Source: a virus (lineage: Duplodnaviria > Caudoviricetes). From it: a stretch of 43,589 nucleotides of DNA. Of the stretch, positions 1-7,954 are shown in pieces. The DNA lies in IMG/VR virus record IMGVR_UViG_3300049139_000093, positions 1 to 43,589 of that record; one strand, 5' to 3'. The notes under the pieces were generated by a model. That model was not told the DNA's origin. It saw only the letters and a list, made by a program, of their open reading frames with translations, and did no database searches. Position 1 is the stretch's first letter, and the number at the start of each line of letters is the position of its first letter. Both the position numbers and the translations under genes were made by a program.

Positions 1-127
1 CGGTCTCGACATCGCCTACGACCATGCAAACGAATGGTTCCGCTTCGATGGCGTGAGCCCGGCGGTTTCGTCGGTCAATATCACGAACATCACGCAGTCG
101 CCTGGCGGCCTTTGTCGCGTTGCGGTG
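1..127. repeat. Terminal direct overlap (copy 1), identical to 43463-43589
   Basis: Exact 127-nt match to the end of the window; the reading frame continues across the join. Confidence 0.97.
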
Positions 128-1456
128 ACCGGCGCGCATGGCTTTGCCAGGCGCGAGGTGGTGCGCGTGGCTTCCGTGCTCGGCACCACGGAAGCGAATG
201 GCGTCTGGACGATTTGGCCGGTGTCGGCCGGTGTGTTCGACCTGCTCGGCACGAACTTCACCAACGCCTACGTATCGGGCGGCACCGCAACGCGCGCGAA
301 CGGCACCACGCGAGCGGCTTTCAAGCCGCAGACTGGTGACTGGTATTTCGGCGGCAATCCGAACAATGCCAGCCTGCACATTTTCCCCGAAGGCAGCGCC
401 GTCAATCAGGTGCAAATCCGTGGCGGCGTCGCCGGTGCCGAAGCGCAGATCAAGGCTGTGGGCGCGGACACCAACGTCGGCCTGTTCTTCCAGACCAAGG
501 GGAATGGCGCGTTCCGGGTCTTTGCTGGCGACGCCGAAGGCTTCCGCGTCAATGCGGTCACCAGTGCGGAAAATCGCATCGAGGTAACGGGCGCGGCACT
601 GGGCAATGGTCCTACGATCGGCGTCGGCGGCGACGATGCGAACATCGCGCTGAACCTGAACAGCAAGGGCACGAGTTCCGTCAGTCTGAACCCCGGCAAC
701 ACCCCCGCGATGCGCGCTAGCCGCATCGCGTCGGCTGTGAACTTCTGGAATTTCTATGGAGCGGCCGCCGGAAACGCCGTGATCGTGGAGCCGGCCGGCA
801 CCGATACCAACATCGGGATGGAGGTGCGCACCAAGAACGACGCACCGATGAGGTTCTTGCCTGGGTCTGCCGAGGCGTTACGCCTCAATCGGGTTGCGAG
901 CGCAGTCAACTATCTCGGAATCACGCCTGGCGCCGCCGGCAATGGTGTCATTCTCGCGGCTGCGGGTGCGGACAGCAACGTTAATCTCAATCTGGACAGC
1001 AAGGGGACAGGCCAGGTTGCCATCAATCCGGGGGGCACGGTCGGTTTTCGAGTCAACCGCGTGGCCAGCGCGGTCAACTACGTCGAGATCGATCCCAACG
1101 TGACCGGCGGCGACGTGAGGGTCTCTGCCAATGGATCGGATTCAAACATCAAACTCACGCTGCGCTCGAAAGGCACCGAGCGAGTGGACATCAGTCCTGG
1201 CGCGGTTAACACCGTTCGCATTCCGCACGTCGCCGCCGCCGTCAACGCCCTCGAACTCAAGGGTTCGGCTACGGGTGTGCCGGTGGACATCGAGGCGGGC
1301 GGCACGGATGTCAACGTTGATCTCCGCCTCGTCCCTCGCGGCGCTGGCCGCGTTCGCTTCGGCACCCATGTCGGGTCCGGTGACGTTGCCTGTAACGGCT
1401 ATATCGAAATCCGGGATGCTGGCGGCAATATCCGCAAGCTGATGACGACGGCATAG
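1..1456 (+). CDS. Tail fibre / receptor-binding protein, C-terminal part (continues from 41877; about 1013 aa in total)
   Basis: Same frame as the ORF from ATG 41877 once the overlap is removed; Gly/Ala/Asn/Val-rich with six 56-aa repeats. Confidence 0.88.
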   Translation, partial: GLDIAYDHANEWFRFDGVSPAVSSVNITNITQSPGGLCRVAVTGAHGFARREVVRVASVLGTTEANGVWTIWPVSAGVFDLLGTNFTNAYVSGGTATRANGTTRAAFKPQTGDWYFGGNPNNASLHIFPEGSAVNQVQIRGGVAGAEAQIKAVGADTNVGLFFQTKGNGAFRVFAGDAEGFRVNAVTSAENRIEVTGAALGNGPTIGVGGDDANIALNLNSKGTSSVSLNPGNTPAMRASRIASAVNFWNFYGAAAGNAVIVEPAGTDTNIGMEVRTKNDAPMRFLPGSAEALRLNRVASAVNYLGITPGAAGNGVILAAAGADSNVNLNLDSKGTGQVAINPGGTVGFRVNRVASAVNYVEIDPNVTGGDVRVSANGSDSNIKLTLRSKGTERVDISPGAVNTVRIPHVAAAVNALELKGSATGVPVDIEAGGTDVNVDLRLVPRGAGRVRFGTHVGSGDVACNGYIEIRDAGGNIRKLMTTA

Positions 1457-1457
1457 C

Positions 1458-1700
1458 TCAGTCGAACAGGCGCCTGAACGCGCTGGCCGGGTCTCGGGGC
1501 CACGATCCAGCGCCGTCGCAGGTGGTGCAGGCGACGGTGCTGCAAGCTTGGTCGCAGCAATAGTCGTCGGTGCACAGCTCCCGATCAACGCAGACGCGAT
1601 GCAGACCATGGCCGGTGCATCCAACGCAGATGTAGAGATCGCCGCTCTCACGCAGGCACATCGGATCCATGCCGAACGGATACGCGGTGGCGTTAGACAT
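1458..1700 (-). CDS. Small Cys-rich protein with CxxCxGxG motifs (paralogue 2)
   Basis: MSNATAYPFGMDPMCLRESG...CVGCTGHG...CTTCDGAGSWP; start overlaps the stop of paralogue 1. Confidence 0.75.
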   Translation of the reverse strand: MSNATAYPFGMDPMCLRESGDLYICVGCTGHGLHRVCVDRELCTDDYCCDQACSTVACTTCDGAGSWPRDPASAFRRLFD

Positions 1701-1998
1701 TATGCGAGCCAATAACGCGCAGCGATGGTGCTCCCGGCCACTTCCCGACGCCGTCGCATACCTCGCATCTGGTGATTATTGAATTCTCGTGCCGACAATG
1801 GATGTCGGTGCAATCAAAGTACGCACGCGCGACGGGATCGAAGCACCGGGGATACTTGCCTTCACCGTCGCATCCTGCACAGACATACTCGGCACCTTCC
1901 CGGCGCAGGGAAATTGGATCAAGCCCGAACGGGTATTCGTCTGCGCAACGGCCGCTTTTTCTCAGCGACAAAGCCGCCGCAAGCTTAAAAATGCTCAT
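1693..1998 (-). CDS. Small Cys-rich protein with CxxCxGxG motifs (paralogue 1)
   Basis: MSIFKLAAA...YPFGLDPISLRREG...CAGCDGEG...CEVCDGVGKWP; AGGGG upstream of the ATG; aligns with 1458-1700. Confidence 0.78.
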   Translation of the reverse strand: MSIFKLAAALSLRKSGRCADEYPFGLDPISLRREGAEYVCAGCDGEGKYPRCFDPVARAYFDCTDIHCRHENSIITRCEVCDGVGKWPGAPSLRVIGSHNV

Positions 1999-2070
1999 GA
2001 AATGTACCCCTGCCGAGGATAGTCCTAACAGACAAGCGGCCTCCGCGTAAATAGCGGCAGCCGTCCTGGC

Positions 2071-2111
2071 GGTGCGTTGCCGACAGATCGTGCTGGCGAC
2101 ATGGCTGGGCA
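2071..2111 (+). promoter_or_regulatory. Putative late promoter (GGTGCGTTGC motif) upstream of the lysis module
   Basis: One of six exact GGTGCGTTGC copies, all upstream of late genes. Confidence 0.65.
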
Positions 2112-2127
2112 TCCTTAAGGAGCCCAC

Positions 2128-2346
2128 ATGCAGGACCAAGACATCGCCTCCGCAATCTTCAAGAAGGGCGTCGCCGAGCAAATCGGTCGCCTCGCCATGC
2201 AAGTGCTTGAAGAGCAGGCCAAATATCAGACGCTGCACATGCAGTTTCAGGCGGCGATCGCGAAGATCGATGAGCTGCAGAAGCAGGTCGAAAGCCTCGG
2301 GTCGGCGGATGCTCCGGAAGCCGAAACGGAGCAGGGGGATGGATAA
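2128..2346 (+). CDS. Small coiled-coil hypothetical protein
   Basis: AAGGAG RBS, 72 aa, heptad pattern. Confidence 0.75.
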   Translation: MQDQDIASAIFKKGVAEQIGRLAMQVLEEQAKYQTLHMQFQAAIAKIDELQKQVESLGSADAPEAETEQGDG

Positions 2347-3070
2347 GAGCATCCCCCCCTTCGCTGCGCACCTGCTGGACTTCATCGGCAACATCGAAGC
2401 GCCGCGCGGGTACGACACGATCTACGGCAACAATCAGGGCAAGCTGCCCAAGCGCGTTACGCAGATGACGATTGCCGAAGTGCAGAGCGCGCAGCCGGGC
2501 TGGTCGAAGCGCTTCGGATCCTCCGCGACCGGACGGTACCAGTTCATGCATGCGACGCTGAAGGGGCTGATCGCCGAGCTCGGGCTCGATCTGTCGGCGA
2601 CGTTCGATGCGGACCTGCAGGACCGGCTGGGTTTTCACCTGCTGCGGCGACGCGGCTACGACAAGTTCGTCGCTGGTCGCATGGGCATGACGGCTTTCGC
2701 AAAGTCGCTTGCGCAGGAATGGGCCTCGCTGCCCGTCCTCGAGCCCACGAGGGGCGCGCACCGCACCCTAGCGCGCGGGCAGAGCTACTACGCCGGGGAC
2801 GGCCTCAACAAGTCGCTGGTCACGCCTGAGAGGGTCGAAGCCGCGCTGCGCGCTCGGCTGCCAGGCGAGGCGAAAGCGAAGAAGCCGGGCGCCTCGGCAG
2901 CAACCGGTACGGTGATTGCTGCCGGCACCGGCGGCACCGTCGCGGCCGGCGTGCAGCAGGGCTGGGGCGTCACGGAATGGCTCATTGCGCTCGGCTGCAT
3001 AGCCGTGGCGGCTGGCGTCGGGTTTGGCATCTGGCACTGGCGGCGACGCCGCGCAGCAAAGGGGGCCTGA
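2339..3070 (+). CDS. Endolysin, lambda R-like lysozyme/transglycosylase fold with a C-terminal hydrophobic segment
   Basis: LLDFIGNIE..GYDTIYG, SSATGRYQF and LAQEWASLP motifs; GGGGG RBS, start MDKSIPP. Confidence 0.85.
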   Translation: MDKSIPPFAAHLLDFIGNIEAPRGYDTIYGNNQGKLPKRVTQMTIAEVQSAQPGWSKRFGSSATGRYQFMHATLKGLIAELGLDLSATFDADLQDRLGFHLLRRRGYDKFVAGRMGMTAFAKSLAQEWASLPVLEPTRGAHRTLARGQSYYAGDGLNKSLVTPERVEAALRARLPGEAKAKKPGASAATGTVIAAGTGGTVAAGVQQGWGVTEWLIALGCIAVAAGVGFGIWHWRRRRAAKGA

Positions 3071-3739
3071 ATGGCAAGCGCCTGGAAGGACGTCGCAGCC
3101 CAGCTGGCGCAGCTGGGACTTCCCATGCTCGGCCGGGTGTTGGGCGGGCATATCCCGGTCATCGGGCCGATCATCGGATCCTCAGTCGGTGAGACCGTCG
3201 GGGGTGCCGTGGCGGATATGATTGCGGCCGCGCTCGGTGTCGAAGCCACACCAGAAGCGGTGTCGATGGCGATCGAGCAAGGGCAGACGTCCGACGTCGT
3301 GGCGAGGCTGCAGGCCGTCGAGGCGGAGGCGGCCGCGAAGTGGCCGGCGCTAGCCGAGATCGCCAAGGCCGAAACGCAGGGCGAGGTCGAGGTCGCCAAA
3401 ATCAACGCCGAATCCAGCGCCCGCGTGGCGACCGAGATCGCGACGAATGGCTTCTGGCTGACGCTCTACCGCTCGATCCTGATGTACACGGCCACGTTCA
3501 ATCTGGGGCTGTTCGGGTTCGTGTTCTTTTACGGCATGTTGTTCGATGCGATCTTGTGGGCCCGTCTCGTCGAGGGCAAGGACATGATCGCCTGGTGGCT
3601 CGGCGCTAATGCAAGCGTGCTGGGCTTCCACTTCTACACGCGCGGCAAGGAGCGGGAGGCTGCGGTCACGCGGGAGCCGCCGCCGAGTCCTGTAGCGAAC
3701 ACCATCAAGGCAATTGCGCCAAAACCGAAGAGGCGTTGA
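3071..3739 (+). CDS. Putative holin (multi-TM membrane protein)
   Basis: Directly follows the endolysin; hydrophobic segments; WWLG..FYTRGKE C-terminus resembles 3TM holins. Confidence 0.6.
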   Translation: MASAWKDVAAQLAQLGLPMLGRVLGGHIPVIGPIIGSSVGETVGGAVADMIAAALGVEATPEAVSMAIEQGQTSDVVARLQAVEAEAAAKWPALAEIAKAETQGEVEVAKINAESSARVATEIATNGFWLTLYRSILMYTATFNLGLFGFVFFYGMLFDAILWARLVEGKDMIAWWLGANASVLGFHFYTRGKEREAAVTREPPPSPVANTIKAIAPKPKRR

Positions 3740-3855
3740 GTGCGAGGCGGCTCGATCTGTCGCGCGAACGGCAGACCGAGCCTGACCACGATGCCGGCAG
3801 AGACCGGCACCATGGCTGGGATTGATCCTAGCGGAACTCACGGGGCTAGGAGTTA

Positions 3856-4281
3856 ATGGAACTTTACCAATGGCTGACGATCGGCCTCGGTGTATTCGGC
3901 TTTCTGACGACGTGGATTCTCGGCGCGTTCAAACTCGGCCGGGCCGTCGAACAGATGAAGTCTGCGGTCAAGAAAGACATCGAACTCGAGCGGGACAAGA
4001 TCGTCAAGATGATCGATGAACTGAAAGATAGGTTCGACGACGAACAGCGGGCGCAGGACCAAAGGTTCGGAGAGGTTGGAGCAGCCGGGCGGCAATACAC
4101 GGCAGACGTTGAAAAGAAGGTTCGCGAGGTCGAGATATGGGGCCGCGACAATTACGTGCAGAAAGGTGAATTCGATCGCGCTACGGAATCAATCCGACAG
4201 GATCTGCGCGAGTTTGCGCGATCGATAAAGGAGGACTTCCGAGTGCTCCATCAGAAGATAGATCAGCGCCAGGATGGCTGA
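3856..4281 (+). CDS. Protein with N-terminal TM and coiled coil (lysis-associated?)
   Basis: AGGAG RBS; MELYQWLTIGLGVFGFLTTWILG followed by a charged coiled coil. Confidence 0.7.
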   Translation: MELYQWLTIGLGVFGFLTTWILGAFKLGRAVEQMKSAVKKDIELERDKIVKMIDELKDRFDDEQRAQDQRFGEVGAAGRQYTADVEKKVREVEIWGRDNYVQKGEFDRATESIRQDLREFARSIKEDFRVLHQKIDQRQDG

Positions 4282-4289
4282 TCCTTCGC

Positions 4290-4484
4290 TTACGATTGGC
4301 GGGCTACGTCAAATCGATCAAGGGCAGCGTTAACCAAAGCAAACAGGTCGTAGGCTTGCCCGGCTTCCGTGCGGAGAACAACAGTCGGCGGATCGTCTGG
4401 CCCATGCTCTCGAACGCCTAGGCGCTCCGCGAGCTTAGGTAGCTGGGCAAAGGGGTCCGTCTGTTTGCGGATGGCCATGCTCAT
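4290..4484 (-). CDS. Hypothetical protein
   Basis: GGGAG RBS; coupled to the upstream stop. Confidence 0.6.
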   Translation of the reverse strand: MSMAIRKQTDPFAQLPKLAERLGVREHGPDDPPTVVLRTEAGQAYDLFALVNAALDRFDVARQS

Positions 4485-4861
4485 TTGTCGCTCCCTGAAA
4501 CTTGCTGCTCATGATGAGGCGGCTGCGGCAAGGGCTGCCAGTACGTCGGCTCCGTCTCCCACACGCTAGTCAGGGCCGCAAACGCTTGGCGCGGTACGTT
4601 CCAATAGCCGACAAACCGCCCCAACCCGTCCGGCTCGAAAAGAAGAACGGAGCTTCCATCCTTCGGCGCCGTCTCGATCGGCTGCCACTCCGGGAGGCTG
4701 CGGAGGGCGGCGCGAGCAGCCTTCCATCCGATAAAGGCCGCGTTGTCGGTATCATGGTCGTAATAGTGATTGTTCTCGTCGCTGCGCTCCTCAAGCTCAT
4801 TCGGCTGGATGCATCGATGATCCGACGCAGCCCAGACCTCGAAATGATCTCGCTCACTCAT
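4481..4861 (-). CDS. DUF551-like phage protein
   Basis: WQPIETAPKDG...PTYWQPLPQPP signature. Confidence 0.75.
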   Translation of the reverse strand: MSERDHFEVWAASDHRCIQPNELEERSDENNHYYDHDTDNAAFIGWKAARAALRSLPEWQPIETAPKDGSSVLLFEPDGLGRFVGYWNVPRQAFAALTSVWETEPTYWQPLPQPPHHEQQVSGSDK

Positions 4862-5196
4862 CCCAGGTCCTCCTTCGATTGCTCGGCGGGAGTGCGAACC
4901 CAGCCACATCCGTCGCAGCCTGCGCATTCGTCATCCTCGATATAGCCTTCACCATCGCAGGACTCGCAGCGGATCAGCGGCGTTGTCCCATCCACCTCGA
5001 CAGGTGTGACTAGGACGCCCCTCTGCGCGGCGATGATGCCCTTTGAGCCGCCCCAGAAGAATTCGCCGGACGATACGATATAGGCGTCGATGCGGCCCTC
5101 GTTGTTGCCGTACTCGGTCTTGAGGCACAATTCGCCGCCGCACAAAAACATGCCAATCGGGCATTCGGCGAGTGTCACAGGTTTTCCACTTGTCAT
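4858..5196 (-). CDS. Hypothetical protein with a C-terminal CxxCxGxG zinc finger
   Basis: CESCDGEG...CAGCDGCG; start MTSGKPV overlaps the upstream stop. Confidence 0.7.
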   Translation of the reverse strand: MTSGKPVTLAECPIGMFLCGGELCLKTEYGNNEGRIDAYIVSSGEFFWGGSKGIIAAQRGVLVTPVEVDGTTPLIRCESCDGEGYIEDDECAGCDGCGWVRTPAEQSKEDLG

Positions 5197-5414
5197 CGGG
5201 ATGCGTCCCCTGTGGCGAGATTGCGCAGTATCCCGCGCACGGCGTCTCGCACGTCGTCCTTGCGGGCATTGCTGTGGACCCAAGGATCAAACCCGCGCTC
5301 TCTGGCGCTGCCTTCATATAGCCCATCCCATTTCACCCGCAGGACGTTCTCAGCGAGCCACTTGGCTGCAGCATCGATCTGCTCATCAGTCATCGACAGG
5401 TGCTCCTGCGGCAT
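5193..5414 (-). CDS. Hypothetical protein
   Basis: Tightly packed ORF; start could be about 21 nt further downstream (MTDEQID). Confidence 0.6.
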   Translation of the reverse strand: MPQEHLSMTDEQIDAAAKWLAENVLRVKWDGLYEGSARERGFDPWVHSNARKDDVRDAVRGILRNLATGDASR

Positions 5415-5610
5415 TGCTGCAGTTTGGACAGGGTAAGCCGCGCTTGGCTTCCGTTACCGTGTTGAACTTGAGCCAGCCGGTACGATGTTGGCATTTCCGA
5501 CATTCGAGGACGGCGATCACCGTTCCCTCGTGGCCGGCGTCCACGACATGCATCAGCACCGGCCTGGGTCGGCGTTCCTTCTGAAATAGCTCAGCTTGGC
5601 GCGCGGTCAT
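5386..5610 (-). CDS. Small zinc-ribbon protein
   Basis: CRKC...CPNC. Confidence 0.65.
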   Translation of the reverse strand: MTARQAELFQKERRPRPVLMHVVDAGHEGTVIAVLECRKCQHRTGWLKFNTVTEAKRGLPCPNCSNAAGAPVDD

Positions 5611-5616
5611 CGGTCA

Positions 5617-5901
5617 TCACGAAAAAACTGCGGCGCGTTGGCCATACTGAGCCTTGGCGGCCTCGGCCTTCTTGATCTTTTCGGTCGCCCCCAAGTGAAC
5701 CTGCTCTTGGTCGGTTGGAAGCGCGTTCATGATCGCGATGCACTGACCGATCTCGCGCGAAAGTACAGCGTCGTTCCGGCCGTAGCCGATGCCATGGTCA
5801 GATTCGTATCCGAACCGCAGGCACTTTGTTGCAGCCTGAATCACCTCGCCGCATTCTTCGATCAGCAAAACTAGCAAGTCCTCTCGTGTCAGCGTCGTCA
5901 T
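5617..5901 (-). CDS. MazG-like all-alpha NTP pyrophosphatase-fold protein
   Basis: LIEECGEVIQAATKCLRFG...EIG pattern; GAGG RBS. Confidence 0.7.
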   Translation of the reverse strand: MTTLTREDLLVLLIEECGEVIQAATKCLRFGYESDHGIGYGRNDAVLSREIGQCIAIMNALPTDQEQVHLGATEKIKKAEAAKAQYGQRAAVFS

Positions 5902-5933
5902 TGCCGCACCTCTCTAATCGCGTGTTGGTATTG

Positions 5934-6044
5934 TCAGGCCTGCGGCCGACCGCAACGGTCACAATGCCGGCTGTCATCAGAGCAGTAGCACCAGACATGC
6001 AGCCAGATCATCAGTTTGGTGAACCATAGCGGGGGGATGCGCAT
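5934..6044 (-). CDS. 36-aa Cys/His-rich peptide (not in the ORF track)
   Basis: MRIPPLWFTKLMIWLHVWCYCSDDSRHCDRCGRPQA; GGAG upstream; fills the gap between neighbours. Confidence 0.5.
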   Translation of the reverse strand: MRIPPLWFTKLMIWLHVWCYCSDDSRHCDRCGRPQA

Positions 6045-6047
6045 AGC

Positions 6048-6266
6048 CTACTGCTCCGTGTTCGCGGCTTGCAGCCGATCAAGGTGGACCCATCGACGGC
6101 GCTTCTTGTAGTTACCCGTGCGAGCGCTGGATGCGGTGAAGGGCACCTCAAGCGGTAGCAAGAGAGCGCGACCCTTGTAGATGTCCTCGATTTCCGCGCG
6201 ATAGGGGAAACCAAGCCCACCAGCGTTAGCAACGACCTTCATGCCAATCCGGAAATCTTCGGTCAT
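6048..6266 (-). CDS. Hypothetical protein (SH3-like size and pattern)
   Basis: GAGG RBS, 72 aa. Confidence 0.65.
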   Translation of the reverse strand: MTEDFRIGMKVVANAGGLGFPYRAEIEDIYKGRALLLPLEVPFTASSARTGNYKKRRRWVHLDRLQAANTEQ

Positions 6267-6272
6267 CCCGCC

Positions 6273-6554
6273 TCACTCCTTCAATCCCGCGCTGCAATTG
6301 CCGTCGTCCGGATCGTAACTCGCAGCGAACACGTCCGGCTTGCAGGGGTAGAACTCGCCCTTAAGGCCCCGGATGATCCAGTCACCCTTTGATGCCACCA
6401 TCAGCCCCTCAAGGGTGCCGATGTCTACATAGTCGCCCTTGACCCACCCCATCGGGGAATGCGTTCCGCCGAGGAAATTCTGCACTTCCCACTTGTTGTC
6501 GCCGGTCCAAAGGATCGCTTCTTTGCGGACGGGCTTCGATTTGAACCAGGGCAT
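6273..6554 (-). CDS. Conserved phage hypothetical protein
   Basis: KPV..EA..WTG...TLEG.M.A..GDWIIRG.KGEFYPCKPD.F..SY, a common phage family signature. Confidence 0.8.
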   Translation of the reverse strand: MPWFKSKPVRKEAILWTGDNKWEVQNFLGGTHSPMGWVKGDYVDIGTLEGLMVASKGDWIIRGLKGEFYPCKPDVFAASYDPDDGNCSAGLKE

Positions 6555-6573
6555 GCTCAATCCTTCCCAATGA

Positions 6574-6876
6574 TCAGCCGGCTGCGTTAAGTTCGCGCAG
6601 CCGCGTCGTCCACGCCTCCTCGGTGAATGCAACGTCAAACTCGGCGTCCGGCATACTCGGATCGATGGCGATTTTCGCACCCTGCAGGGTAGCCGGCGCC
6701 GGCCCGAGATCGCCATTTCCTTCATCACGCCAGCGCGCCGCCAGCGCCTGCCACAACAGGCCGGAAACGAAGAAGCCGACCGGAATGCGCTTGCGGTCCA
6801 TCAGAGCCGCCGACAACTCGGCCAGGTTCAAATGCTGGCGCGGAACTTCAACTTGGTTCGTATGCATCTGCCGCAT
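6574..6876 (-). CDS. Hypothetical protein
   Basis: GAGGAG RBS near MRQMHTNQ; start 6876 or 6867. Confidence 0.6.
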   Translation of the reverse strand: MRQMHTNQVEVPRQHLNLAELSAALMDRKRIPVGFFVSGLLWQALAARWRDEGNGDLGPAPATLQGAKIAIDPSMPDAEFDVAFTEEAWTTRLRELNAAG

Positions 6877-6890
6877 CTCCTCAGTAACGG

Positions 6891-7061
6891 TTAGTAATTG
6901 CCGTCTGGCACGTCGCGCCATTCGTGGCGGACATCGTGCACGACGCTCTTGTCATTCATCTCTACGACTTCCCAGAGCTGCTGAAGCTTCCTGCGGTGTG
7001 CCTGCATTGATGACAGTGGCACCCAGCGGACCTGCCCTAGACATTTTTCCTGCGTAATCAC
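6891..7061 (-). CDS. 56-aa phage hypothetical protein (not in the ORF track)
   Basis: GGAGG RBS, GTG start; MITQEK...LQQLWE...EWRDVPDGNY. Confidence 0.65.
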   Translation of the reverse strand: MITQEKCLGQVRWVPLSSMQAHRRKLQQLWEVVEMNDKSVVHDVRHEWRDVPDGNY

Positions 7062-7085
7062 GCCTCAGTCCTCCATTCGCGAATT

Positions 7086-7358
7086 CTAATTGCCGCCGTT
7101 CGCGCGGCGGGCGCTTTCGTCCATGATGTGCTGGTCGTAGCCGTTCTGCCACGCGACATGCAGCGACCATCGGCCCCTCAACACCCACCAAGCTTCACGG
7201 ATGCGGCGACTAAAAGTGTCGTAGGGGTAGATACGGGGCCACCCGCCGGGATGCTGCGTCCGCTGCTGTTGTTCGGATGCGACGATCAGTTTCCGTTCCT
7301 TGTCGTAGACAAGCCGGCCGCGTCCTCCGAACTGAATGTTTGGTGCTTGCTCAGGCAT
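7086..7358 (-). CDS. Hypothetical protein
   Basis: GGAG RBS before MPEQAPN; RIREAWWVLRG motif. Confidence 0.6.
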   Translation of the reverse strand: MPEQAPNIQFGGRGRLVYDKERKLIVASEQQQRTQHPGGWPRIYPYDTFSRRIREAWWVLRGRWSLHVAWQNGYDQHIMDESARRANGGN

Positions 7359-7539
7359 TTTCGTCTCCAATGGCATGGCACAGGTGAGAGGGTGCGACAT
7401 CGAGCATGTCCGCAATCTTCCGGCAGTTCTCCGCGTTCTTAACGTTTGACCAGAACGCCGAATCCTCGCCGTTGATCGGACGCCGCTCGAAGTAGGCCGC
7501 CGCCTCTCGCAAAAACGCTGATGCCTGTTGGTTGGTCAT
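7351..7539 (-). CDS. Hypothetical protein
   Basis: ATGA overlap with the upstream ORF. Confidence 0.65.
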   Translation of the reverse strand: MTNQQASAFLREAAAYFERRPINGEDSAFWSNVKNAENCRKIADMLDVAPSHLCHAIGDENA

Positions 7540-7694
7540 GCCGGGCGCCCTATCGGCGGGCCTTGGCGGATTTCGCGACGCACTTCGGCGGTTGCCTTAT
7601 CGTCTGCGGCCTCCTCTGACATGCCCTCGGCGACGTACTGCCGTTTAAGAGATTGACGATGCCTGTCCCACGCATCGACTTCATGTTTGCTCAT
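7536..7694 (-). CDS. 52-aa hypothetical protein (not in the ORF track)
   Basis: GGGAGG RBS; MSKHEVDAWDRHRQSLKRQYVAEGMSEEAADDKA... Confidence 0.6.
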   Translation of the reverse strand: MSKHEVDAWDRHRQSLKRQYVAEGMSEEAADDKATAEVRREIRQGPPIGRPA

Positions 7695-7714
7695 TTGCCG
7701 CTTCCTCCCCATTG

Positions 7715-7954
7715 CTACTGAACAGTGCCGCGGCGCTTGGCTTGGTAGTCGGCCAGGTCCTGCGTATTGGCGGCGAATTGTCGGAGGAGTTCCGGATCGT
7801 CCGGGGTCTTTTTCAACCCCTCAATATTGGCGATAAGGCTGATGCAGCGCTGGCGCACGCCCTCGTCGTCGGTGGCGTCGCGGAGCTTCACCAGCTCGTC
7901 GCAGGTCGCGTTCAGCCTGCCGTATTCGGAAAGTGTATCGTCTGGTTTTGCCAT
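7715..7954 (-). CDS. Small helical hypothetical protein (antirepressor candidate)
   Basis: GAGGAG RBS; first gene after the int 3' intergenic region. Confidence 0.7.
   Translation of the reverse strand: MAKPDDTLSEYGRLNATCDELVKLRDATDDEGVRQRCISLIANIEGLKKTPDDPELLRQFAANTQDLADYQAKRRGTVQ

Noticed and set aside
1-127. Biological direct terminal repeat
   Set aside because: It falls in the middle of a gene, and its length matches a common assembly k-mer.
1-2000. Diversity-generating retroelement (BPP-1-like virion genes; duplicated sequence next to the fibre gene)
   Set aside because: No reverse transcriptase ORF seen. The duplicated ORFs are diverged protein paralogues, not a TR/VR pair differing at adenines.
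6880-7085. Apparent non-coding gap (attP or tRNA?)
   Set aside because: It is filled by a 56-aa ORF with a good RBS, and I saw no cloverleaf.
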